The notes under the pieces are model-generated. The model did not search any database. It saw only the letters and a list, made by a program, of their open reading frames with translations, and was not told where the DNA came from. A DNA stretch of 64,000 bases from Anolis carolinensis (lineage: Eukaryota), in contig NW_026943818.1 of NCBI RefSeq assembly GCF_035594765.1, positions 10,573,924 through 10,637,923 on the forward strand. The letters run 5' to 3'. Position 1 is the first letter of the stretch. Each line of letters begins with the position of its first letter. A program made the position numbers and the translations under genes. Positions 38,704-49,845 of the stretch are shown one piece after another.

Positions 38704-41700
38704 GAGTTGGAATTGACCCCCTGGGCCAAAAGCAAGATACAAGTATAAATATTCCTGTATTACTTCCAGACTAAGCTGCCATTGATTGTAAGAGGCACAC
38801 TAATTTCAATATCACTAACGGAAAACTCTATAACCATAATTATTTCTTTTCTTTCCTCTTCCAACTGCCTTAAGAGATCAGAGGGGCCAGAGTTCAGTAA
38901 AAAAAAAGCTCATCTAGCCCTTCTCCAAAAGAGCTAGAAATGTTTTACATGTTGGGCCCTTCCCCACGCTCCAGATTTTGGAGTCCTGTAGTTGCATATA
39001 AATACATAACATTTCAGATTTGGGGATATTTTTCACGTTTTGGATTTTCTATCATTATGTATATGTACATAGAGAAGTATCACGGCACTGGGATTTTGTT
39101 CTAAACACAAAATTAATTGTTTTTGCATATATACTTATAGGCACTGTAGTCTTATACACAATATTTTTAATTTGTGTGTGAGACAAAGTTTGTGTGCATT
39201 GAACCATCAAAAAGCAAAGGTAGCCATTCATTTGGACAATTTTGGATGAGGCATGCTCAACCTTTATTGGAGAGATTTTAGCCTTGGAGAGCAGCCATCG
39301 AGTATTACATTCACAAGGGAAATTAATGGGCTGTTAAGCAACTTCCATTTTTTCTTGAAATACGGGTTGAAGATTCCTTCCTTGGAAAGCTGAAATGCTC
39401 CAAAATCATCCTTAGTGGTGGCTGAGCTAGTGGCCCCTGTGCTTTGTAGTGGTTTAGTGTCCACAAACTTGGTTCCATGCACAAAATCTATAAAATTACC
39501 TTTGAGATATGTGCAGAAGCTGTCTATGAAACCTAAAATTAAATTCATGTTTGGACTTGGGTCTCATCTCCAAGACAACCCATATCTGTGCGCAGGTATT
39601 CCAACATTTACAAAATTTATGGTCTCAAGCATTTCAGATTATTGATATACAAGTGTTTTAAACGGTTGTCTCCCAGGATACCTGGGTCTACAAAGCAGAA
39701 GGGGGGATTTGACCATATTGGGTGCAAATAGATGTGATCAAGGAATGTGAAAAGTGTGTAAAAGACAAGGTGAGGTTGCTGGGCAGGTCCCTGTGGCATG
39801 AAGTTAGCCCCACCTTTCTGTGTTAGCAATGACAAGGGTTGCGAAGCACACCTCTGTCATGCAGAATCAGGTTTGACAAGAAAGCAGTTGTCTTACCAGA
39901 TTCAAAGAGTGTGAGTGACAAAGGTGAGTTTCCTTTTGTAGGCAGGGTTTCCACATTGTCTGTAACTAGGGGCTTAGTTACTTAGGCGATCTCTCGTTGT
40001 CCGAGTATGATGGCACTCCATGCCTAGTGTCTTGGTGGTGGATACATAGGTGACTGTGGAGCCCTATTTTTGACCCACATGTCCTTCCACAGTGAAGACA
40101 GTGATTTCCAGGTGGAAAGCGGTCCCGATCAGGGTTGACTTGACATGTCTTCCTCTTGGCGTGTTTCTTCCTTTCGCCCTCCATTCATGCCTCTTAAAAT
40201 TCCATGGCACTGCTGGTCACAGCTGACCTCCAACTAGAGCACTCAAGGGCCAGGGCTTCGCAGCTCTCTGTGCTTATGCCACAGTTTTTAAGGTTAACTT
40301 TAAGCCCATCTTTAAATCTTTTCCTGTCCATCAACATTCCGTTTTCCATTCTTGAGTTGGGAATACAGTAACTGCTTTGGGAGACCGTGATCGGGCTTTG
40401 GGCAATGTGGTCAGTCCAGTGAAGTTGATAACATAGGAGCATCGCTTCAATGCTATTGGTCTTTGCTTCTTCCAGCACGCTGACATTTGTCCACCTGTCT
40501 TCCCAAAAGATTTGCAGGGTTTTTTGGAGTCACACTGATAGAATCGTTCCAGGAATTGAGTGTAGTGTCTGTAGACAGTCCACGTTTCGCAGGCGTATAA
40601 CAGGGGTTGGTTTAGTTGGTTTGTTTGCTAGCATGTTGCAAGTCTGGTTGTGAGAGAATCTGCCATCTACAAAGATGTTGCCCAGGGGACGCCCAGATGT
40701 TCACAATCTTGCTTGGAGGCTTCTCGCATGTCCCCCAACAGGGTTGGGAGGACTGTAGTTTTATAAACAAGCACCTTGGTCTCCCTACGGATGTCCCGAT
40801 CCTCAAAAACTCTGCTTCATTCGGAAGAACGATGCACTCGCAGAGCTCAGGTGGTATTGTATTTCAATGTCAATGTCGACTTTTGTAGAGAGGTGGCTGC
40901 CAAGGTAGTGGAAATGGCCAACATTTTCTAATGTTGCACCATTAAGCTGTATTTCTGGCATTTCAAAGGGATTGGCTGGTGATACTCGAAGAGCACTTTG
41001 GTTTTCTTGATGTTCAATAAGAGGCCGAGCTTCTCATATGCTTCTGCAAAGGTGTTTAGAGGCTTGAAATGCAACCAGATCAGATTTGATTCAACCATGA
41101 GTGATTTAATACATTATAAGTCCTCTTTAAAGTTCCTAAGAAGCAGCAGACATGATTTTGAAAGAAAGGAAGATTGGTATGTCCCCCCCTCCCCCCATAT
41201 TTATGGGGGCAAAGAGTATGCTTTTGTTCACTGAGCTCTTTGCTGCTGGGTTAATGCTGTGTGACAAGTTGCCTTGGGCTGTCAGTGCATGTATCTAGTT
41301 AAAATAACTATCGTTTCCCCAGGGTAAGCAATATATGGCAAAAGAATAAGTGGGAGCAGTCGCACATGGCTCAAAATAGCAGAATTGAGCGTAGAAATGG
41401 TGAATGTGATCTGCATTTTAAGCTCTGTCTATTTATGTATGTGTTCATAATAATGTGGACCCTCTAAGGTGCTGCATCTTTCCTCTGTTTGATCTTTATC
41501 TGTGATTTTATGCTCTCCTGCCATTGTGTTTTCCTAAGCTCTTCTTTAGGAAAACTATTGTTTATCTGTTGTAGAACAGAGAGGCTATAAAATTGGTGGT
41601 ACCCAATTCCTTCTTGCTTTCTTGAACAATTCGTATGAGAGTGATTAACACAAATTAATTAAAAATATATCGATCCCATTCTTGTAGCTGTTGTGATAAA

Positions 41701-44012
41701 GTCTGGAATCTGAAGCAGGCAGACAAAAGTTATAAACTAGCATCACACATAGAGGCCACTTTCTACTTAGTTGTTATCTTGCAAACTACCCTATAAGGCT
41801 CCAGGAGTCTCTATGCAAAAAAGAGACACTAGAAGCATCCAAGACAGCTTGATTGTTACGAGACCTGCAATTCACAACCTCATATTTATGTCGGACAACA
41901 ACAAAGTTTAACAAAACTTTTTATTGTGTCAGAAGTGACCTGAGCACATATTGCAAGTTGCTTCTGGTGTGAAAGAATTGACCGTCTACTGAGACAGTGC
42001 CCAGAGGACACCCAGATGTTTTAGCTGGGAGGCTTCTCTCATGTCCCCGCAAGCTATCGCTGACAGATGGGCACTCACCCCATCTCCCGAATTCGAACTG
42101 GCAACCTTCACGTCAGCAACCCAACCTTCAGATCAGCAGTTCAGCCAGCACAAAAGTTCAACCTATTGCGCTACTGTGGCTCCTTAACAAAACTGAAGAG
42201 TGTCTTAAATAGAGCATAACTCTGGGAGCTAGAATTTTCTGCAATGCAGAGATTCTGTAGCAGTTGTCAGTGGGGTTATACAACAGAGAAGTCCTTTTCC
42301 CCTTCATATAGTGATGTTAAAAAAGCACAATGTGGAAAGGATTTGAAATATTCTCTTAGTGAATATGAACAAGACAATTTGAATTGTGAAAATGAACGAA
42401 AGCAAACCATTTTGAGTTAAGGCTGCAGGAAGAAAGCCTCCCCTATGTTTATGCTGGGTTTTCCATAACTTCTCAGAGAGGCCAGGATGGTTCCTTGTGA
42501 ATATATTGAGCCAAACTGATATGAATATGCTCTAAATAACGCTGGTGCAAACCTCCCGGGGACATAACCCATATTGCTCCTTCTGCATAGAGTTATTTTG
42601 GAAAAAGAGAACAATTTTTAACATGGACAATATGTGTGTGTGTGTATAAGATTGAATTCTTCAACTTGTGCAATGGGAGGCAGTTTGTGTGTGTGTGTGT
42701 GATTCTAATATCTCCATGTCTCATCTAATCTTCAGTATATTTTTAAAAGGTGGGGTACTGTGCCGGTTACTGTAACTAGGAAGCAAGAGCACAACCTGCC
42801 AATTTGAGCTATCACTCATTTGCTGAACAGAATGAATTTTTGGTCTTCCTCCTGGGTTCTAATGGTGAATTGTAAGTGTGGTACAAAGGTGTTGGCATAT
42901 ATATATATACTTAACGCTCTGAAACCTGACAAAATGAGTGAATCAGATTTCTGAGTATACTTACTCATAGTTTGGTTTTCATAGCAACTTTGCTTAATTG
43001 AGGGGAAAATAGTGCAAAGAACCTTAATGCGTTGCCATTGAGGTCCATATGAACATGATGGGCTCTGCTAGTCCCCCTTTGTATGTCCTATATATCATTC
43101 CTTTTCTCTTTTGTCATTGGAAGTCTAAAGTTAGTGCTGAGAGAGATTTAGCTGTATAGTGCTTGTCAACTTTATTTTTTTAGTTCCTTAACTTGCTTTG
43201 CAGCACAGGCGACATGCTCCGAGCATTCCACGCCGCTTTGCAGAATTCGCCTGTCAATACGAAGAACCAAGCAGCAAAGGTAGGTGGGAATACTACAAGA
43301 TGTTTATTTATCGTGTCAGAAGCGAATTGAGAATACAGTTATAATGTATAGAAAAACCACAAAGTTAAAAATTTGGCAATATACTAAATCTCCCTTGGTC
43401 AGAAGCTGGCCACTTTGAGTGCATGTGGTGTCGCTGTGAGAAGGTCCTCCATTGTGAATGTGGCAGGGCTCAGACTGCATGGTAGCAAGTGCTCTGTGGT
43501 TTGCTCTCCTTCTCACTCGCATGTCGTTGACTCCAGTTCATAGCCCCATTTCCTAAGATTGGCTCTGCATCTTGTGGTGCCAGAGCGCAGCCTGTTCAGC
43601 GCTCAGTCTTCTGTGTGCCCAGGAGGGAGTCTCTCATCCTGTATCAGCCATGGATTGAGGTTCTGGGTTTTTGCCTGCCACTTTTGGACTCTCACTTGCT
43701 GAGGTGTTGTTCCTGCATGTATCTCTGTAGATCTTAGGAAGCTTTTTCTTGAATTAAAGCATTGGTTTGCTGGCTGATATCCAAACAGAGGATGGGCCAG
43801 AGATGTCAATGCCTTGGTCCTTTCATTATTGGCTGCTACTTCCCAATAGATGTCAGGTGGTACAATAACGGTTAAACAGTATGATTTCTCCAGGGCATAG
43901 ACATGCTGTGATAATATGACATGTCTTATTAAGGATCATATCCACTGTTTTAACGTGGTGGGATGTATTCCACACTGGGCATGTGTATTCAGCATCAGAG
44001 TATCAAAGCACA

Positions 44013-44067
<55 letters not shown>

Positions 44068-46517
44068 CTTTATTTATACCCCGCCACCATCTCCCCAACG
44101 GGGACTCGGGGCGGCTTACATGGGGCCATGCCCAAAACCATACAATATGACAAAATATAAAACAACATATCATAACACAATTTAACAGTACAATAAATAA
44201 TAACATACATTACAATCCAAAATTCAGAAAAAGCAATAAAAAGGGCAGATGTCTTCCCTGTATCTAGTTGTGATCCCCAGGTTGTGCCAGTCAGCTTTCG
44301 TATGATATTAATTCTAGTACCCACTTTTTGCTTGATAGTCAAGCAGTGCTTCGTGTAAGTCAGAACACGATCCAGAGTGACTTCCAGGTATTTTGGCGTG
44401 CTGCAATGCTCCAGTGGGATTCCTTCCCAGATAATCCTCAGAGCTCAAGATGCTTCCCAGATAATCCTCAGAGCTCAAGCAGGGAGATTTGAAGTGGTCG
44501 AACAGACACTTTCTGAAGCTTTAGGTGCTCTTACTGACTATTACAGGGAAAACCAGCTCATTCCTAATCCATCTAAAACGCGGATGTTTTCTTCTCATCT
44601 TAAGAATAGATAAACATCTGCGTTTTAGATGGATTAGGAATGAGCTGGTTTTCCCTGTAATAGTCAGTAAGAGCACCTAAAGCTTCAGAAAGTGTCTGTT
44701 CGACCACTTCAAATCTCCCTGCTTGAGCAGTGATGACACGATCGTCAGCATAGATGAAACTCTGTCCCTTCTGGCAGTGGCTGGTCATTTGTGTAAATAT
44801 TAAAATCGATGGAGCAGGCACGCTCCCCTGAGGCAGGCCGTTCTTCTGTCTTTGCCATCTACTTCTCCAAAGTTTTCCTAAGCTCATTCTGCTGTTCTTT
44901 TGTGTCTTTTCAGGAGCGAGCGCAGGAAGTGGTTTTGAAGGTCCTGACCTCTTTTAAAGGCAGCGAGATTGAGCAGGCGGTCAACTCCTTAGACAGCAAT
45001 GGTATTGACTTGTTAATGAAATACATTTATAAAGGATTTGAAAAACCAACGGACAATAGCAGTGCAATACTACTTCAGTGGCATGAAAAGGTATGTCAGC
45101 TTTCTCTGACTCAGATTGAATATTGTTGCACACACTGTGGATCTGGTAACTTCTTGAAGTATTGCAAGTGTGAAGGTTACATTTTTTAAATATTTCCCAT
45201 CAAAGCAATGAAACTCTCAGTCATCTCACTTGTAGAAAAGCAGTGCATGGGGAAAAGCGGTTCAAGCTTTGCGCCTTCTTTCCTGTAAGTGGAGAGTGGA
45301 AAATACGACTAATCCAACTGAAGTAAGCCCTTTAGTAATGGCACAATATAAAGCATGTGTTTGTCCTTTTGTCAATGGCCTTCCCATCCTTACAAGTCCA
45401 GAAATGGTCCCTACTGAACTTTCAAAGATGCAGCTCTCCTTGCCGATGTTTTTTTCAGTGGGTGGCTTGGTAAGGACATGTTCTCATGACAACATGAAAG
45501 GGGTTTCTTTGCTTGCTATACTGTTTGCCATGGAAACAGCAATTTGTGGCTGATAGGGGCTGGTTCTTGGGGTGGGTGGGCTGCAAAAGCTGACGCCTGG
45601 CTTCCCACATCATAGTAGGAAGAGTTGCCACCGCTCCTTCCTACCAGCAAGGCATTTCCAGGTCTAATTTGGCACAGGTCCTAAGCTGAGCCTTTCTAGA
45701 AGTATAAAAGTGCAGAAATAAAGGCCTGTGCTGTGGATTTGTGCTGTTTTAAAGCAAATGTATTTAGCTGAAGGCAGGAAGATGCACCTGCCCAAAGTAG
45801 TTTCATTATAGGTTGTGGAGTTTGGTCTTGAACTATGTTTTACTATGTTATTCTTGTTTTTTGTTATTTTGTTATGCGATTGCGAATAATTTTATTTTAT
45901 TTTGTCTATTTTGTATGATGTATGTATTTTATCCTGTTTTGATGGGTTTACCTGGGCTTGGCCCCATGTTAGCCGCCCTGAGTCCCTTTGAAGAGATAGA
46001 GGCGGGATATAAAAATAAAGTTGTTGTTATTATTATTATTATTTTCAAATGCTTAAAAAGTGCTGCTTGCTGCTGTCTTTGGGAAATCACCAGATAAACA
46101 AATCTAGTTTGATTCCCAAAGGGTTTTGATGTTAATGCTGAGGCAAAAGTCAGTATTCCAAAGTACCATATTGTTTTGATTCACTACTGACCGAGAGTTC
46201 GAAGCCCGGGTCGGCTTAAGCCCCCGACCATTAAATAGCTCGGCTTGCTGTTTACCTAAGCAGCCCGAAAGACAGTTGCATCTGTCAAGTAGGAAATTTC
46301 GGTACGCTTTGTGCGGTAGGCTAATTTAACTAATTTGCAACACTATAAAACTGCCAGCAACATGCCAGAAAGGAATGAGGAAGTACAGTCACTAGTGGAC
46401 GGTGAAGCAACATCTCCCCCTGTGGCCGGAATCGTGAAGCTGGAAATGTTAAATGCCTCTGTGTGTGTCTATACTGTATGTTGTTTGTTTGATGGCACTG
46501 AATGTTTGCCATATATA

Positions 46518-46571
<54 letters not shown>

Positions 46572-47116
46572 TGCACTTTGGCATAGGTCTATGAATTAGT
46601 CTCCGGTTTTTAACATTTTATGCTGCATGTTGATTTTAATGACTGTTTTATTGATGCTGATGTTTTTATTGTTGGGATAATTGTGTTATTATTTTATTAT
46701 TGTTATTATATTGTTGTATCGGGCAAGGCCCCATGTAAGCCGCCCCAAGTCCCTTCGGGGAGATGGGGCGGGGTATAAAAATAAAATTATTATTATTATT
46801 ATTATTATATATTCATTGTAATCCGCCCTGAGTCCCCTTCGGGGTGAGAAGGGAGGAATCTAAATACTGTAAATAAATAAATAAGACACCATCAATGGTA
46901 AGGCATTGTTGAATGCTCTGCTGTGGCTGACTTCTCTGCTTGAAGATAGTTTTCTGGCCCTGGCAGTAACAAAAAGAGCTAAATGTTTCATCTAATTAAC
47001 AGATGATTTGAGGAGGAAGCTGACTGCTGTCTTCTTTCTTTCCCCACTTCCAGGCGTTTGCCGTAGGCGGACTAGGATCCATAGTCAGAGTTCTTACCGC
47101 ACGAAAAACTGTTTAA
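35126..47116 (+). CDS. ARPC5L: Actin-related protein 2/3 complex subunit 5-like, 161 aa. Exons 35126-35298, 43207-43279, 44914-45090, 47054-47116
   Basis: [26 protein letters not shown]; [24 protein letters not shown]; [28 protein letters not shown]; [16 protein letters not shown]. The frame is continuous (486 nt) using an AT-AC first intron. AATAAA at 47672. Confidence 0.96.
35344..35545. mobile_element. Palindromic hAT-like MITE, 202 bp, same family as 25111-25244
   Basis: CAGGTATGGGCAAGCTT...AAGTTTGCCCATGCCTG, folding back around CCGCTTAAGCGG. Confidence 0.8.
35938..35978 (-). ncRNA. Minimal hammerhead ribozyme motif, intact core (antisense arm of the palindrome)
   Basis: Exact reverse complement of the 6259-6299 motif. 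Confidence 0.75.
35989..36029 (+). ncRNA. Minimal hammerhead ribozyme motif, intact core (sense to the ARPC5L pre-mRNA)
   Basis: CCTCTGAGGATGCCTGCCATAGATGTGGGCGAAACGTCAGG, identical to 6259-6299. Confidence 0.75.
37229..37773 (-). mobile_element. Non-autonomous Helitron; related copy at 55411-55948 and 3' ends at 32469 and 63490
   Basis: On the minus strand: 5'-TC...GCCACAGCAACGCGTGGC hairpin...CTAG-3', inserted between A and T, with no TSD. Confidence 0.75.
39975..41065 (-). mobile_element. RTE-clade LINE 3' fragment with an internal SINE fragment
   Basis: Degenerate ORF2 C-terminus: [34 protein letters not shown], and C2H2-like [18 protein letters not shown]. Confidence 0.75.
43305..44880 (-). 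mobile_element. Vingi/Ingi-type LINE fragment with an internal inverted duplication
   Basis: RT motifs [10 protein letters not shown] and FIYADD, then [22 protein letters not shown]. Confidence 0.72.
46185..46512 (+). mobile_element. tRNA-derived SINE; related copy at 51740-52120(-) and a fragment at about 60890-61035(-)
   Basis: B-box GAGTTCGAAGCCC and a shared body GACGGTGAAGCAAC...CCCCCTGTGGCCGGAATCGTGAAGCTGG. Confidence 0.65.
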
Positions 47117-48199
47117 AAAGCCCGCGTTCACTTGAGTCAAGAGACACCCGAGAACTCTGTTTGGAGCCGGTGGGAGGAAGCCGGCGACTCCGACACTTTT
47201 TTGTCCATCCTTCGAGGAACCACAATCTACTGAAAACGCTTCCAATTCTTGGAGCAAAAAGGTCCTATTAAACCACGAAGGTGGGAGGGGGAAGGTTTTA
47301 TGTATTCTTGTTTTCCGACTATCAAGATTTCGAGAGCCGGGAGAGGGGGCTCCCTGCAACCTGTGCTGCAAAGGGAAGTGGGGCTGGTTGTGTGTGTTTG
47401 TGGGCGGCCTGGTCCCCGGGATGGCTACTCTTTAGCCCACTGTGTGTGTGCGTGTGTTTGTGCGAGAGAGACCTTAATTTAAATTTAACAAATGTCTGTG
47501 GAGCAGGGAGGGGTGGGGTAGCTGTGGCGGGCTCAGAAGCAACAGGAAGCTGGTTGGAGGGCTTGGCGGAAGGCTTTTTCTTATGCAAGAGGGCTTTTTT
47601 GTACATAGGTCAGGATAGCTGGGCTCGGTGTGGAGTTGGTTTTCATGTAAAGTGCCTGCTGCTCTATCAAAAATAAAGTTCTTGGATGGTTAGAATAAAC
47701 CAGCTATGGGTTTAATGCCACGGGTTTTGGCATCTTTGGGTTATTCCTTGGGTTTTTACTCGGGGTGAAAATTGGGAAGGAAGTGGTGTACAGCTTGGCA
47801 CTTCTTTCCAGAAAACCCAGAGCCCAGTTTCTCCTTGATTATTTCTACGTAAGAAATATGACATTGGATTCCCTACATCTCAACTGATCCTTAAGTAAAG
47901 TTGGCTCTAGTTTACAAAATCAATTTCATAAGAGACCAAGGCCCTATCTAGTCCAGGATACAAGTGTGGCTAACCAAATCTCTCTGAGAAGGCTATATCT
48001 CTCTGAGAAAGCTATATTTTACTGTGGAGAACAGCTTTCTAGGAACCTCTAGATCTGCGGTTCTCAACCTTTGGGTCCTCAGATATTTTGTCCTACAACT
48101 CGAAGAAATCCCAGCTTAGGCTTTATGGGAGTTGAAGGCCAAAAACATCCACAGGTTGAGAACCACTAGTCTAGATCCTCCTGCACAACTCTGGTCAAC

Positions 48200-48518
48200 T
48201 TGGTTGCTGTGAGTTTTCCGGGCTGTATGGCCATGTTCCAGAAGCATTCTCTCATCACGTTTCGCCTGCATTTATGGCAGACATCCATAAGCTGAAAGGC
48301 TATTCAATGCTAATCAAGTTGGCCAATTGCAACATTCAAACTTAATCCAAATAGTCTTTCTCCCACTCTGAACATTTCACAGATATATACATTCCAATTG
48401 CCTAGTTTCCAACAGACCTCACAACCTCTGAAGATGCCTGCCATAGATGTGGGCGAAATGTCAGGAGAGAATGCTTCTGGAACATGGCCATACAGCCCGG
48501 AAAACTCACAGCAACCCA
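48200..48518. mobile_element. Penelope terminal-repeat segments in inverted arrangement, with a hammerhead motif at 48425-48465(+) (CUGAAGA core, stem III AUGU)
   Basis: CCTCTGAAGATGCCTGCCATAGATGTGGGCGAAATGTCAGG, plus a degenerate antisense copy at about 48250-48290. Confidence 0.72.
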
Positions 48519-49845
48519 AATCTGACTGTTCTATACTTTAATACATACAATGTAAGGAACAGGCAAGAAGCTATAATAACTCAGCCTCAAGTTTTAATCC
48601 AAAACATATTGCACCACAAATTAGATTCCTACAGGCCATTGCATTGTACACTGAAGGAGTTGACTCGCCAAGTGTGCCCAAAGGCCTTTTTTTAATATAT
48701 ATATATATATACATAACGCCAAAGGTAGTTTGTGTTTTAATTTTTACAGGAAGAGAAAGTGCATTAGTTGCGATGACAAATGAATATACACACCTCATTC
48801 TTGCTCTTGGGAAGCTTCCCAGGTTTCAATACTGTTGCTTAGCAATATGCAGCTTCCTATATTACACGGCTTTTGTACAGTATGTAGCATTGCTAAATAC
48901 ACTGGTTAAGTTTTAAAAACCCTGCAATTTGTAGGTGCAGAGGATGTTGTTTTTTGGTTATTCAATTAGAAAATAAGCCATTCGGTTTCCTCTTTGAATT
49001 GAGCCAAGCTATACTCAAATGCGGAGTATCTGCATTTAAAAAAGAGTTAGACAAAGTTACTTCTTGACCTACAACTGCCAAATTCTAGGGAGTAGTAGAC
49101 CAAGTCTTTGTCCAAACTCTGGTTCAAAATTAAATGTAATTGTGCCCATGAGTTAAGAGCGGCAACACAAATGAGCAGTCTTTTCTTTGACAGGTTATGA
49201 GCAAAACTGCTTCGAGCATATGTTTGCAGAGTCTGATGCTCCAAACAGGTCAGCAACCTCCCATTCATTCCTTTGGGGCAAATCTAGTTACAGGTGACAT
49301 AGAAGTGCTTTTAAGAGTCCTTGTCTCCTTAGCATTTAAAAAAACGAACGGCTGCCACCCACTCCCCAGTCTGAACACTTACTTGAATACACTACTTTAA
49401 AAGGCAAGAGTCATAAAGACGATTTAAAATTGCTTTTTTTCTGTAAGAAAAATAAAGCTGGTCAGCTCTGTAAAAAGTTGTGCTTTCCCAGCTGGAGGTC
49501 GAGGATGCCTGTTTCCAGAGAGGTTGAAATCACCGGGAAGGCGTGTTCATAACAAGGTAAGAGAAAGCCACTTCCCATTTTTTTTCCAGGGGATGATGGG
49601 AATGACGCCAATGCAGCAGGTTGCTTCCCATATCTAACAGTGACCTTCACCACAAAGCCTCTGTGGGACCTTTGTGATTCCCAAAGGTCATTCTTTGTAA
49701 ACACCCCCCCCCCCCCCCAAGTTTTTCATATAAAATACTGTGGTGAAAGCAAGTTAAGACCTCGGTGGATGCAGCATCCTTTTTTTGTAGAAAAACAAAA
49801 TAAAAGCAACTTGAGGCAGATTCGGGAGCACATCCGCAGGGCCTC

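Larger units (their letters stand above)
35299..43206 (+). other. ARPC5L: U12-type (minor spliceosome) AT-AC intron, 7.9 kb
   Basis: 5' splice site ATATCCTT at 35299. Consensus U12 branch point TTCCTTAAC at 43184-43192. 3' splice site CAC at 43204-43206. Splicing restores a CAA (Gln) codon. Confidence 0.95.
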
